IMG/VR virus record: IMGVR_UViG_2974787780_000001
From: a virus
Taxonomy: Duplodnaviria; Heunggongvirae; Uroviricota; Caudoviricetes; Peduoviridae
Reading direction: 5' to 3' (one strand)
DNA length: 31,809 bases
How positions within the stretch are numbered: the stretch's first letter is position 1; each line of letters opens with the position of its first letter. A program made the translations under genes and the position numbers. This document shows positions 9,275 to 19,453 of the stretch, in pieces. The notes under the pieces are model-generated. The model saw only the letters and a program-made list of their open reading frames with translations, was not told the origin of the DNA and did not search any database.

Positions 9275-10018
9275 ATGACGAGTCCCGCACAGCGCCACAT
9301 GATGCGGGTCTCGGCAGCGATGACCGCGCAGCGGGAAGCCGCCCCGCTGCGACATGCAACTGTCTATGAGCAGATGCTGGTCAAGCTGGCCGCAGACCTG
9401 CGCACACTGAAAGCGATTTATTCAAAAGAGCTGAAGGCCGCGAAAAAACGCGAACTGCTGCCGTTCTGGTTGCCGTGGGTGAACGGCGTGCTGGAGCAGG
9501 GCAAAGGTGCACAGGATGACATTCTGATGACGGTCATGCTGTGGCGTCTGGATACCGGCGATATTGCCGGTGCGCTGGAGATTGCCCGTTATGCCCTGAA
9601 GTACGGTCTGACCATGCCGGGTAAACACCGCCGCACCCCGCCGTACATGTTCACCGAGGAGGTGGCGCTTGCGGCCATGCGCGCTCACGCTGCCGGTGAG
9701 TCTGTGGATCCCCGCCTGCTGACGGAGACCCTTGAACTGACCGCCACGGCAGACATGCCTGATGAAGTGCGCGCAAAGCTGCACAAAATCACCGGTCTGT
9801 TTCTGCGTGACGCTGGTGATGCCGCCGGTGCGCTGACTCACCTGCAACGTGCGACACAGCTCGACTGTCAGGCAGGCGTCAAAAAAGAGATTGAACGACT
9901 GGAGCGGGAGCTGAAACCGAAGCCGGAGCCGCAGCCCAAAGCGGCCACCCGTACCCCGCGTAAGATCCGGAGCGTGACACCGGCAAAACGTGGACGCCCG
10001 AAAAAGAAAGCCAGTTAA
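9275..10018 (+). CDS. M: Terminase small subunit (endonuclease) gpM
   Basis: 247-aa ORF, P2 gpM length/position; basic Lys/Arg-rich C-terminus. Confidence 0.9.
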   Translation: MTSPAQRHMMRVSAAMTAQREAAPLRHATVYEQMLVKLAADLRTLKAIYSKELKAAKKRELLPFWLPWVNGVLEQGKGAQDDILMTVMLWRLDTGDIAGALEIARYALKYGLTMPGKHRRTPPYMFTEEVALAAMRAHAAGESVDPRLLTETLELTATADMPDEVRAKLHKITGLFLRDAGDAAGALTHLQRATQLDCQAGVKKEIERLERELKPKPEPQPKAATRTPRKIRSVTPAKRGRPKKKAS

Positions 10019-10117
10019 CAACCGAATGCGCCCCGCGCCAGGGCGGCACGCCGGTCAGTGAGGGTGAATCACCTGACACTGCACCGGCGTCCACCGCCCG
10101 ACTTTTCAGAGGTAGTC

Positions 10118-10627
10118 ATGATGACGCTGATTATTCCGCGAAAGGAGGCTCCCGTGTCCGGTGAGGGTACGGTGGTCATCCCGCAACCGGCAGGCGACGA
10201 GCCGGTGATTAAAAACACGTTCTTTTTTCCCGATATCGACCCGAAGCGCGTCCGGGAACGTATGCGCCTTGAGCAGACCGTCGCCCCCGCCCGTCTGCGT
10301 GAGGCCATCAAGTCAGGCATGGCGGAGACGAATGCGGAGCTGTACGAGTACCGCGAACAGAAAATTGCCGCCGGTTTTACGCGTCTGGCGGACGTTCCGG
10401 CGGACGACATCGACGGTGAAAGTATCAAAGTTTTTTACTACGAGCGCGCCGTGTGTGCGATGGCGACCGCGTCGCTTTATGAGCGTTACCGCGGCGTGGA
10501 TGCCAGTGCGAAAGGAGACAAGAAGGCCGACAGCATTGACAGCACCATTGATGAGCTGTGGCGGGATATGCGCTGGGCAGTGGCGCGCATCCAGGACAAG
10601 CCGCGCTGCATCGTGAGTCAAATCTGA
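10118..10627 (+). CDS. L: Head completion/stabilisation protein gpL
   Basis: ORF track 10058..10627; ATG at 10118 (MMTLIIPRKEA) gives 169 aa as in P2 gpL. Confidence 0.88.
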   Translation: MMTLIIPRKEAPVSGEGTVVIPQPAGDEPVIKNTFFFPDIDPKRVRERMRLEQTVAPARLREAIKSGMAETNAELYEYREQKIAAGFTRLADVPADDIDGESIKVFYYERAVCAMATASLYERYRGVDASAKGDKKADSIDSTIDELWRDMRWAVARIQDKPRCIVSQI

Positions 10628-10830
10628 TGAAGACCTTTGCGCTACAGGGCGACACGCTCGACGCCATTTGTGTCCGGTATTACGGGCGCACTGAGGGCGT
10701 GGTTGAGACCGTGCTCGCCGCAAATCCGGGACTGGCTGAACTGGGTGCGGTGCTGCCACACGGCACCGCCGTCGAACTGCCCGACGTTCAGACCGCGCCC
10801 GTGGCTGAAACTGTCAATCTGTGGGAGTAA
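10627..10830 (+). CDS. X: Tail protein gpX (LysM-like)
   Basis: ATG at 10627 overlapping L stop; 67 aa (MKTFALQGDTLDAICVRYYG), P2 gpX length. Confidence 0.85.
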   Translation: MKTFALQGDTLDAICVRYYGRTEGVVETVLAANPGLAELGAVLPHGTAVELPDVQTAPVAETVNLWE

Positions 10831-10833
10831 CGC

Positions 10834-11115
10834 ATGACAGCAGAAGAAAAAAGCGTCCTGTCGCTTTTCATGATTGGGGTGCTGATTGTTGTCGGCAAGG
10901 TGCTTGCCGGTGGTGAACCCATCACCCCGCGTCTGTTTATCGGGCGCATGTTGCTCGGTGGTTTTGTCTCAATGGTTGCCGGTGTTGTTCTGGTGCAGTT
11001 TCCTGACCTGTCACTGCCTGCGGTGTGCGGCATTGGCTCCATGCTGGGTATCGCCGGTTATCAGGTGATTGAGATTGCCATTCAGCGCCGCTTTAAGGGC
11101 AGGGGGAAACAGTAA
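10834..11115 (+). CDS. Y: Holin gpY
   Basis: 93-aa ORF with hydrophobic transmembrane segments and charged C-terminus; first gene of lysis cassette as in P2. Confidence 0.85.
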   Translation: MTAEEKSVLSLFMIGVLIVVGKVLAGGEPITPRLFIGRMLLGGFVSMVAGVVLVQFPDLSLPAVCGIGSMLGIAGYQVIEIAIQRRFKGRGKQ

Positions 11116-11612
11116 TGCCGGTAATTAAAACACATCAGAATATCGCCGCCTTTCTCGACATGCTGGCCGTGTCCGAAGGGACGGCGAATCATCCGCTGAC
11201 GAAAAACCGGGGCTATGACGTGATAGTCACCGGACTGGACGGGAAGCCGGAAATTTTCACCGACTACAGTGACCACCCGTTCGCGCATGGCCGACCGGCG
11301 AAGGTGTTTAACCGTCGCGGTGAAAAATCCACGGCCTCCGGTCGCTATCAGCAGCTTTACCTGTTCTGGCCGCATTACCGCAAACAGCTTGCCCTGCCGG
11401 ATTTCAGTCCATTGTCACAGGACAGACTCGCCATTCAGTTGATCCGCGAACGCGGTGCACTGGATGACATCCGGGCGGGACGCATTGAGCGCGCCATTTC
11501 ACGCTGTCGCAATATCTGGGCGTCCCTGCCGGGTTCCGGTTACGGTCAGCGTGAGCATTCACTGGAAAAACTGGTCACCGTCTGGCGTACCGCTGGCGGC
11601 GTACCGGCTTAA
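11115..11612 (+). CDS. K: Endolysin gpK (lysozyme-like)
   Basis: 165-aa ORF following holin; ATG overlaps Y stop; AGGGGG Shine-Dalgarno; P2 gpK length. Confidence 0.88.
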   Translation: MPVIKTHQNIAAFLDMLAVSEGTANHPLTKNRGYDVIVTGLDGKPEIFTDYSDHPFAHGRPAKVFNRRGEKSTASGRYQQLYLFWPHYRKQLALPDFSPLSQDRLAIQLIRERGALDDIRAGRIERAISRCRNIWASLPGSGYGQREHSLEKLVTVWRTAGGVPA

Positions 11613-11626
11613 ACGGAGTAAACACC

Positions 11627-12052
11627 ATGAAGAAATTATCCCTTTCACTGATGCTGAACGTGTCGCTGGCGCTGATGCTGGCACTGTCCCTGATTTACCC
11701 GCAGAGCGTGGCCGTCAGTTTTGTCGCCACCTGGGCGATTCTGGCGACGGTTATCTGTGTGGTTGCCGGTGGTGTCGGCGTGTATGCCACTGAGTATGTG
11801 CTGGAACGCTACGGGCGGGAGCTGCCGCCGGAATCGCTGGCCGTGAAGATTGTCACGTCGCTGTTTTTGCAGCCGGTAACGTGGTGCCGACGGGCTGTGG
11901 GTCTGGTGGTGATGGTGGCGACGTTTATCTCGCTGGTTGCCGCCGGGTGGATTTTTACCGCGCTGATTTATCTTGTGGCGTCGCTGTTTTTCCGGCTGAT
12001 ACGTAAAGCCTGTCGTCAGCGTCTTGAGGGGCGGGAACCATGTCAAAGCTGA
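11627..12052 (+). CDS. lysA: Lysis accessory membrane protein LysA
   Basis: 141-aa multi-pass hydrophobic ORF after K, P2 lysA position and length. Confidence 0.8.
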   Translation: MKKLSLSLMLNVSLALMLALSLIYPQSVAVSFVATWAILATVICVVAGGVGVYATEYVLERYGRELPPESLAVKIVTSLFLQPVTWCRRAVGLVVMVATFISLVAAGWIFTALIYLVASLFFRLIRKACRQRLEGREPCQS

Positions 12053-12465
12053 TGACTGTGCTGGTCGTGTTGTTATCGCTGGCGGTGGCCGGTCTGTTTC
12101 TGGTGAAACACAAAAATGCCAGCCTGCGCGCCTCGCTGGACAGGGCAAATAACGTCGCCAGTGAACAGCAGACGACCATCACCATGCTGAAAAATCAGCT
12201 TCATGTTGCCATCACCAGGGCAGACAAAAACGAGCTGGCGCAGGTGGCACTGCGTCAGGAACTGGAGAACGCCGCGAAGCGTGAAGCACAGCGCGAGAAA
12301 ACCATCACGAGGTTACTCAATGAAAACGAAGATTTTCGCCGCTGGTACGGTGCTGACCTGCCTGATGCTGTGCGCCGGTTGCACCAGCGCCCGGCCTGCG
12401 CAGACGCCAGTGATTGTCCACAACGCCTGCCCGAAAGTGAGTCTTTGCCCGATGCCGGGCAGTGA
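12040..12465 (+). CDS. lysB: LysB (Rz-like inner-membrane spanin)
   Basis: 141-aa ORF with N-terminal transmembrane segment and coiled-coil-like body; P2 lysB length. Confidence 0.8.
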   Translation: MSKLMTVLVVLLSLAVAGLFLVKHKNASLRASLDRANNVASEQQTTITMLKNQLHVAITRADKNELAQVALRQELENAAKREAQREKTITRLLNENEDFRRWYGADLPDAVRRLHQRPACADASDCPQRLPESESLPDAGQ

Positions 12466-12610
12466 CCCGCAGAAGAACGGCGATTTAAGTGCCGATATCC
12501 GGCTGCTTGAGAACGCGCTGGCACGCTGTGCCAGCCAGGTAAAAATGATTAAACACTGTCAGGACGAAAACGATGCTCAAACCCGACAGCCTGCGCAGGG
12601 CGCTGACTGA
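12320..12610 (+). CDS. lysC: LysC (Rz1-like outer-membrane lipoprotein spanin), alternate frame overlapping lysB 3' end and R start
   Basis: ORF track 12203..12610; internal ATG at 12320 gives 96 aa starting MKTKIFAAGTVLTCLMLCAGC, a signal peptide with a lipobox cysteine; P2 lysC length. Confidence 0.7.
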   Translation: MKTKIFAAGTVLTCLMLCAGCTSARPAQTPVIVHNACPKVSLCPMPGSDPQKNGDLSADIRLLENALARCASQVKMIKHCQDENDAQTRQPAQGAD

Positions 12611-13040
12611 TGCCGTCACGGTGCTGAAAACCAGTCCCGAGATGCTGCGGATATTCGTGGATAACGGGAGTATTGCCTCCACGCTGGCGACGTCGCTGTC
12701 ATTCGAAAAGCGTTACACGCTCAATGTCATTGTGACCGACTTTACCGGTGATTTTGACCTGCTCATCGTGCCGGTGCTGGCGTGGCTGCGGGAAAATCAG
12801 CCCGACATCATGACCACCGACGAAGGCCAGAAAAAGGGCTTCACGTTTTATGCGGACATCAACAATGACAGCAGCTTTGATATCAGCATCAGCCTGATGC
12901 TGACCGAGCGCACGCTGGTCAGTGAGGTGGACGGCGCACTGCATGTGAAGAATATCCCGGAACCTCCGCCGCCGGAGCCGGTCACCCGCCCGATGGAGCT
13001 TTATATCAATGGCGAACTGGTGAGCAAGTGGGATGAATGA
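12573..13040 (+). CDS. R: Tail completion protein gpR
   Basis: 155-aa ORF, P2 gpR length/position. Confidence 0.88.
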   Translation: MLKPDSLRRALTDAVTVLKTSPEMLRIFVDNGSIASTLATSLSFEKRYTLNVIVTDFTGDFDLLIVPVLAWLRENQPDIMTTDEGQKKGFTFYADINNDSSFDISISLMLTERTLVSEVDGALHVKNIPEPPPPEPVTRPMELYINGELVSKWDE

Positions 13041-13485
13041 GTTTAAGCATTTTGAAGACCGGCTGACCGGGCTGATTGAATCACTGTCACCATCAGGGCG
13101 TCGGCGACTGAGCACCGAACTGGCGAAACATCTGCGGCAGAGTCAGCAGCGCCGGGTGATGGCACAGAAAGCCCCGGACGGCACACCCTACGCACCACGC
13201 CAGCAGCAGAGCGCCAGAAAAAAGACCGGTCGTGTTAAGCGAAAAATGTTTGCGAAACTTATCACCAGTCGTTTTTTGCATATCCGCGCCAGCCCGGAAC
13301 AGGCATCAATGGAATTTTACGGCGGGAAGTCACCGAAAATCGCCAGTGTGCATCAGTTCGGTCTGTCGGAAGAAAACCGGAAAGACGGTAAGAAAATTGA
13401 TTATCCGGCGCGTCCTCTGCTCGGCTTTACCGGTGAGGATGTGCAGATGATTGAAGAGATTATCCTCGCTCACCTCGACCGTTAG
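13033..13485 (+). CDS. S: Tail completion protein gpS
   Basis: 150-aa ORF, P2 gpS length/position; overlaps R by 8 nt. Confidence 0.88.
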   Translation: MNEFKHFEDRLTGLIESLSPSGRRRLSTELAKHLRQSQQRRVMAQKAPDGTPYAPRQQQSARKKTGRVKRKMFAKLITSRFLHIRASPEQASMEFYGGKSPKIASVHQFGLSEENRKDGKKIDYPARPLLGFTGEDVQMIEEIILAHLDR

Positions 13486-13551
13486 TTGTGCCATTCCTGA
13501 CACCTCATCGTCACATTGCCGCCGGTATGACCCGGCGGCATCCTTCCCGTT

Positions 13552-14187
13552 ATGAACACTCTCGCAAATATCCAGGAACTCGCACGCGCACTGCGCAACA
13601 TGATTCGTACCGGCCTTGTCGTCGAAACCGACCTTAACGCCGGTCGCTGCCGTGTGCAGACCGGCGGCATGTGCACCGACTGGCTTCAGTGGCTGACCCA
13701 TCGCGCCGGGCGTTCGCGCACATGGTGGGCACCTTCCGTGGGGGAACAGGTGCTGATTCTGGCCGTGGGCGGTGAACTCGACACGGCGTTCGTTCTGCCG
13801 GGGATTTATTCCGGTGATAACCATGCGCCGTCTGCGTCGGCGGATGCCCTGCATATCCGTTTCCCTGACGGGGCGGTGATTGAGTATGAACCTGAAACTA
13901 GTGCACTCACGGTAAGCGGAATTAAAACGGCCAGCGTGACGGCTTCTGATTCTGTTACTGCCACGGTGCCGGTGGTCACGGTGAAAGCATCAACCCGTGT
14001 CACTCTGGACACGCCGGAGGTGGTCTGCACAAACAGGCTGATCACCGGCACGCTGGAAGTGCAGAAGGGCGGGACGATGCGCGGCAACATTGAACACACC
14101 GGCGGTGAACTCTCATCAAACGGTAAGGTACTGCATACCCATAAACACCCCGGCGACAGCGGCGGCACAACCGGGAGTCCTCTATGA
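13552..14187 (+). CDS. V: Baseplate spike/assembly protein gpV
   Basis: 211-aa ORF, P2 gpV length/position. Confidence 0.9.
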   Translation: MNTLANIQELARALRNMIRTGLVVETDLNAGRCRVQTGGMCTDWLQWLTHRAGRSRTWWAPSVGEQVLILAVGGELDTAFVLPGIYSGDNHAPSASADALHIRFPDGAVIEYEPETSALTVSGIKTASVTASDSVTATVPVVTVKASTRVTLDTPEVVCTNRLITGTLEVQKGGTMRGNIEHTGGELSSNGKVLHTHKHPGDSGGTTGSPL

Positions 14188-14531
14188 CAGCGCGTTATCT
14201 CGGAATGAATCGCAGTGATGGCCTGACTGTCACTGACCTTGAGCATATCAGCCAGAGTATCGGCGATATCCTGCGCACACCGGTCGGCTCACGGGTGATG
14301 CGTCGTGATTACGGCTCGTTGCTGGCGTCAATGATTGACCAGCCGCAGACTCCGGCGCTTGAGTTGCAGATTAAGGTCGCCTGTTACATGGCGGTGCTGA
14401 AATGGGAACCCCGCGTCACCCTGTCATCCGTCACTACGGCGCGCAGTTTTGACGGGCGAATGACGGTCACGTTAACCGGCCAGCACAACGACACCGGCCA
14501 GTCACTTTCGTTAACCATCCCTGTGAGTTGA
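14184..14531 (+). CDS. W: Baseplate protein gpW
   Basis: 115-aa ORF overlapping V stop, P2 gpW length. Confidence 0.9.
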   Translation: MTARYLGMNRSDGLTVTDLEHISQSIGDILRTPVGSRVMRRDYGSLLASMIDQPQTPALELQIKVACYMAVLKWEPRVTLSSVTTARSFDGRMTVTLTGQHNDTGQSLSLTIPVS

Positions 14532-14535
14532 AACC

Positions 14536-15444
14536 ATGCCGATTATCGACCTGAACCAGCTACCCGCACCGGATGTGGTTGAGGAGCTGGACTTTGAAAC
14601 CATTCTCGCCGAACGCAAGGCGACACTGATTTCCCTTTACCCGGAAGACCAGCAGGAGGCGGTCGCCCGTACCCTGACGCTGGAATCTGAGCCTCTCGTC
14701 AAACTGCTGGAGGAAAATGCTTATCGTGAGCTTATCTGGCGTCAGCGTGTGAATGAGGCTGCACGGGCGGTAATGCTGGCCTGTGCCGCCGGTAATGACC
14801 TTGATGTGATTGGTGCCAATTACAACACCACGCGCCTGACTATCACCCCGGCAGATGATTCGACCATTCCGCCGACACCGGCAGTGATGGAATCTGACAC
14901 AGATTATCGTCTGCGTATTCAGCAGGCGTTTGAAGGTTTAAGCGTCGCCGGGTCGGTGGGTGCCTATCAGTATCATGGACGCAGTGCTGACGGGCGTGTT
15001 GCGGATATCTCTGTCACCAGTCCGTCTCCGGCCTGCGTCACTATCTCCGTGCTGTCACGTGAAAATAACGGTGTCGCATCCGAAGACCTGCTGGCCGTGG
15101 TGCGTAACGCCCTGAATGGCGAGGACGTCAGACCGGTGGCCGACCGCGTGACCGTACAGTCTGCCGCCATCGTTGAATACCAGATAAACGCCACGCTTTA
15201 CCTTTACCCTGGTCCCGAAAGCGAACCCATCCGCGCTGCCGCCGTGAAAAAACTGGAAGCGTACATCACGGCACAGCACCGGCTGGGGCGCGACATCCGT
15301 CTGTCTGCCATTTATGCCGCTTTGCATGTGGAAGGCGTGCAGCGTGTCGAACTGGCTGCACCGCTGGCCGACATTGTGCTCAACAGTACGCAGGCGTCTT
15401 TCTGTACCGAATACCGCGTCGTGACCGGAGGCTCGGATGAGTGA
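14536..15444 (+). CDS. J: Baseplate assembly protein gpJ
   Basis: 302-aa ORF, P2 gpJ length/position. Confidence 0.9.
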   Translation: MPIIDLNQLPAPDVVEELDFETILAERKATLISLYPEDQQEAVARTLTLESEPLVKLLEENAYRELIWRQRVNEAARAVMLACAAGNDLDVIGANYNTTRLTITPADDSTIPPTPAVMESDTDYRLRIQQAFEGLSVAGSVGAYQYHGRSADGRVADISVTSPSPACVTISVLSRENNGVASEDLLAVVRNALNGEDVRPVADRVTVQSAAIVEYQINATLYLYPGPESEPIRAAAVKKLEAYITAQHRLGRDIRLSAIYAALHVEGVQRVELAAPLADIVLNSTQASFCTEYRVVTGGSDE

Positions 15445-15964
15445 GCGCCTGCTGCCGACCGGCTCATCACCGCTTGAAATTGCTGCCGCAAAAGCCTGTG
15501 CGGAAATTGAAAAAACGCCGGTCAGTATTCGTGAACTGTGGAACTCGGACACCTGTCCGGCAAATCTGCTGCCGTGGCTGGCGTGGGCGTTTTCGGTCGA
15601 CAGGTGGGATGAAAAGTGGCCGGAAGCGACAAAACGCGCCGTTATCCGCGATGCCTATTTCATCCACTGTCATAAAGGCACTATCGGCGCAATCCGGCGT
15701 GTGGTGGAGCCGCTCGGCTATCTCATTAACGTAAAGGAATGGTGGGAGACAAACGACCCGCCCGGAACCTTCCGCCTTGATATCGGCGTACTGGAAAGCG
15801 GCATCACGGAGGAGATGTATCTGGAAATGGAACGGCTTATTGCCGATGCCAAACCCGCAAGTCGCCACCTTATCGGTCTGAACATTATCCAGGACATTCC
15901 CGGCTGTCTGTATACAGGCGGTGTGGTCTGTGATGGTGATGTTATTACTGTTTATCCCGGATAA
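15437..15964 (+). CDS. I: Baseplate/tail protein gpI
   Basis: 175-aa ORF overlapping J 3' end, P2 gpI position. Confidence 0.88.
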   Translation: MSERLLPTGSSPLEIAAAKACAEIEKTPVSIRELWNSDTCPANLLPWLAWAFSVDRWDEKWPEATKRAVIRDAYFIHCHKGTIGAIRRVVEPLGYLINVKEWWETNDPPGTFRLDIGVLESGITEEMYLEMERLIADAKPASRHLIGLNIIQDIPGCLYTGGVVCDGDVITVYPG

Positions 15965-15974
15965 GTGAGAAACA

Positions 15975-18710
15975 ATGAGCACGAAATTTAAAACCGTTAT
16001 CACTACTGCCGGAGCCGCGAAGCTGGCAGCCGCCACTGTTCCCGGCGGGAAAAAAGTAAACCTGTCTGCAATGGCTGTGGGTGACGGTAATGGCCAATTG
16101 CCGGTGCCGGATGCCGGTCAGACGAAACTGGTGCATGAAGTCTGGCGTCATGCCCTGAATAAAGTCAGTGTGGATAACAAGAATAAAAACTATATCGTGG
16201 CTGAACTGGTTGTTCCGCCAGAAGTGGGCGGCTTCTGGATGCGTGAGCTTGGTCTGTATGACGATGCCGGAACACTGATTGCGGTATCCAACATGGCAGA
16301 AAGCTATAAGCCAGAACTGGCTGAAGGCTCCGGACGTGCGCAGACCTGCCGCATGGTTATTATTCTCAGCAACGTGGCGTCCGTTGAGCTGAGTATTGAT
16401 GCCAGCACAGTGATGGCGACGCAGGATTACGTCGATGACAAAATCGCAGAGCATGAGCAGTCCCGCCGCCATCCTGACGCCACGCTGACAGAAAAAGGTT
16501 TTACTCAGTTAAGCAGTGCAACAAACAGCACCAGTGAAAAGCAGGCTGCAACGCCAAAGGCAGTAAAAGCAGCCTATGACAATGCTGAGAAACGTCTGCA
16601 GAAAGACCAGAACGGTGGCGATATTCCAGATAAGGACGCTTTTCTGGACAATGTTGGCGTTACCAGCCTGACGTTTATGAAAAACAATGGCGAAATGCCG
16701 CTTGATGCTGATCTGAATACATTTGGTCCCGTTAAGGCTTATCTGGGAATCTGGTCTAAAGCTACCTCAACTAACGCAACACTGGAGAAAAATTTCCCGG
16801 AAGATAATGCTGTCGGTGTGCTTGAGGTTTTTGCTGCCGGCAATTTTGCAGGTACGCAACGCTTCACCACGAGAGACGGCAATGTATACATACGCAGACT
16901 CGCCAATAAGTGGAATGGCTCTGATGGTCCGTGGGGCATATGGCGTCACACTCAATCAGCTACCCGCCCTTTGAGTACGACTATAGACCTGAATACGCTT
17001 GGAGCCGCCGAACATCTTGGTTTATGGCGTAACAGTAGCTCGGCTATAGCTTCATATGAACGCAATTATCCAGAGGAAGGCGGCTTTGCTCAGGGGATGC
17101 TTGAGATCCTCGAAGGCGGAAATTATGGAAGAACGCAACGTTATACCACTCGCCGTGGAAATATGTACGTCCGCTGCCTTGCGGCAAGCTGGGATGCATC
17201 AAATCCGCAGTGGGAACCGTGGTTAAGAGTCGGTCATCAGTCAGAGAGTCGTTATTACGAAGGTGATTTAAATGTTCTAACCGACCCCGGTATTTACAGT
17301 GTTACAGGAAAGGCAACAAACGGTCCGATGCTGGACACCGTTGGCGCGACACTACTTGGGATACTGGAAGTAATCAGACGTTTTGATGGTGTGTCTGTCT
17401 GGCAGCGTTACACAACCACAGGGAAATCAGAAACCACACAGGGACGCACTTTTGAGCGCGTCTACGCCGGGAGCAAATGGACCGAATGGCGAGAAGTATA
17501 TAACTCCTTTTCGTTGCCTCTGAATCTGGGCATCGGTGGCGCAGTGGCAAAACTATCCATTCTGGACTGGCAGACCTACGATTTTGTGCCGGGCAGTCTG
17601 ATAACCGTTCGGCTTGATAATATGACCAACATTCCCGACGGTATGGACTGGGGCGTCATTGATGGCAACCTGATAAACATCGCAGTTGGTCCGAGTGATG
17701 ATTCCGGTACGGGGCGCTCAATGCATGTATGGCGCAGCACTGTAAGTAAAGCCAACTACCGCTTTTTTATGGTGCGCATTTCAGGAAATCCGGGAAGCCG
17801 CACGATCACAACAAGACGAGTACCAATCATTGACGAAGCCCAGACATGGGGCGCGAAACAGACATTCAGTGCTGGCCTTTCTGGTGAACTGTCCGGCAAT
17901 GCGGCGACAGCAACAAAGCTGAAAACAGCCCGTAAAATTAATAACGTTTCGTTTGATGGAACATCAGATATTAACCTGACGCCGAAAAATATTGGTGCAT
18001 TTGCTTCAGGAAAAACAGGAGACACCGTTGCGAATGATAAAGCCGTTGGATGGAACTGGAGTAGCGGAGCCTATAACGCAACTATTGGTGGGGCATCAAC
18101 GTTAATTCTTCATTTTAATATCGGTGAAGGAAGTTGTCCCGCCGCCCAGTTTCGCGTTAATTATAAGAACGGTGGTATTTTTTATCGTTCTGCTCGTGAC
18201 GGTTACGGATTCGAGGCTGACTGGTCTGAGTTTTATACCACAACGCGAAAACCTACAGCGGGAGATGTCGGTGCACTGCCGTTATCTGGTGGTCAATTGA
18301 ATGGTGCTCTGGGTATAGGAACATCCAGTGCTCTTGGCGGTAATTCGATTGTTTTGGGTGATAATGACACGGGCTTTAAACAAAATGGTGATGGTAATCT
18401 GGATGTTTATGCTAATAGCGTCCATGTTATGCGCTTTGTCTCCGGAAGCGTTCAAAGTAATAAAACCATAAATATTACGGGGCGTGTTAATCCCTCGGAT
18501 TACGGTAACTTTGATTCCCGCTATGTGAGAGATGTCAGACTTGGCACACGTGTTGTCCAGACCATGCAGAAAGGGGTGATGTATGAGAAAGCAGGGCACG
18601 TAATTACCGGGCTTGGTATTGTCGGTGAAGTCGATGGTGATGACCCCGCAGTATTCAGACCAATACAAAAATACATCAATGGCACATGGTATAACGTCGC
18701 ACAGGTGTAA
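15975..18710 (+). CDS. H: Tail fibre protein gpH (enlarged, with three tandem ~93-aa internal domain repeats)
   Basis: 911-aa ORF; conserved P2-H-like N-terminus (MSTKFKTVITTAGAAKLAAATVPGGKK); central tandem repeats sharing DLNT..G..L/Y....QR(F/Y)TT..G..Y..W; divergent C-terminal receptor-binding portion. P2 gpH is 669 aa as I recall. Confidence 0.9.
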   Translation: MSTKFKTVITTAGAAKLAAATVPGGKKVNLSAMAVGDGNGQLPVPDAGQTKLVHEVWRHALNKVSVDNKNKNYIVAELVVPPEVGGFWMRELGLYDDAGTLIAVSNMAESYKPELAEGSGRAQTCRMVIILSNVASVELSIDASTVMATQDYVDDKIAEHEQSRRHPDATLTEKGFTQLSSATNSTSEKQAATPKAVKAAYDNAEKRLQKDQNGGDIPDKDAFLDNVGVTSLTFMKNNGEMPLDADLNTFGPVKAYLGIWSKATSTNATLEKNFPEDNAVGVLEVFAAGNFAGTQRFTTRDGNVYIRRLANKWNGSDGPWGIWRHTQSATRPLSTTIDLNTLGAAEHLGLWRNSSSAIASYERNYPEEGGFAQGMLEILEGGNYGRTQRYTTRRGNMYVRCLAASWDASNPQWEPWLRVGHQSESRYYEGDLNVLTDPGIYSVTGKATNGPMLDTVGATLLGILEVIRRFDGVSVWQRYTTTGKSETTQGRTFERVYAGSKWTEWREVYNSFSLPLNLGIGGAVAKLSILDWQTYDFVPGSLITVRLDNMTNIPDGMDWGVIDGNLINIAVGPSDDSGTGRSMHVWRSTVSKANYRFFMVRISGNPGSRTITTRRVPIIDEAQTWGAKQTFSAGLSGELSGNAATATKLKTARKINNVSFDGTSDINLTPKNIGAFASGKTGDTVANDKAVGWNWSSGAYNATIGGASTLILHFNIGEGSCPAAQFRVNYKNGGIFYRSARDGYGFEADWSEFYTTTRKPTAGDVGALPLSGGQLNGALGIGTSSALGGNSIVLGDNDTGFKQNGDGNLDVYANSVHVMRFVSGSVQSNKTINITGRVNPSDYGNFDSRYVRDVRLGTRVVQTMQKGVMYEKAGHVITGLGIVGEVDGDDPAVFRPIQKYINGTWYNVAQV

Positions 18711-18713
18711 TTT

Positions 18714-19241
18714 ATGCAGCATTTAAAAAATATTACTGCGGGTAATCCAAAAACTGTTGCCCAATATCAACTGACAAAAAATTTTGATGTTATCTGGTTA
18801 TGGTCCGAAGAGGGAAAAAACTGGTATGAGGAAGTAAGTAATTTTCAGGAAGACACGATAAAGATTGTTTACGACGAGAATAATATAATTGTCGGCATCA
18901 CCAGAGATGCTTCAACGCTCAACCCTGAAGGTTTTAGCGTTGTCGAGGTTCCTGATATTACCGCCAACCGACGTGCTGATGACTCAGGTAAATGGATGTT
19001 TAAGGATGGTGCCGTGATTAAGCGGATTTATACGGCAGACGAACAGCAACAACAGGCAGAATCACAAAAGGCCGCGTTACTTTCCGAAACCGAATCCGTG
19101 ATTTTGCCGCTGGAGCGCGCTGTCAGGCTGAATATGGCAACAGATGAGGAGCGCAGTCGACTGGAAGCATGGGAACGCTACAGCGTTCTGGTCAGTCGTG
19201 TGGATCCTGCAAATCCTGAATGGCCGGAAATGCCGCAATAA
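18714..19241 (+). CDS. G: Tail fibre assembly protein gpG
   Basis: 175-aa ORF immediately after H, P2 gpG length. Confidence 0.85.
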   Translation: MQHLKNITAGNPKTVAQYQLTKNFDVIWLWSEEGKNWYEEVSNFQEDTIKIVYDENNIIVGITRDASTLNPEGFSVVEVPDITANRRADDSGKWMFKDGAVIKRIYTADEQQQQAESQKAALLSETESVILPLERAVRLNMATDEERSRLEAWERYSVLVSRVDPANPEWPEMPQ

Positions 19242-19453
19242 GTTGTATGAGCTCTGGTGGGAGCTTACATATCTATGGCACAGAGTAAAGCCTAATCTGA
19301 CAGTCCGCTCTGTGCTAGGAGCGGACATTGTTGCCATCTATCTGCATAAATCTGTGGGGAGCTGCTCACTTGTGGGGAATGAGTCCTCAACTGTTTGCGT
19401 TTATAAACACAATCCTTTAGATTCTCTCCTACTATCTACTAAATTTTTATCTA

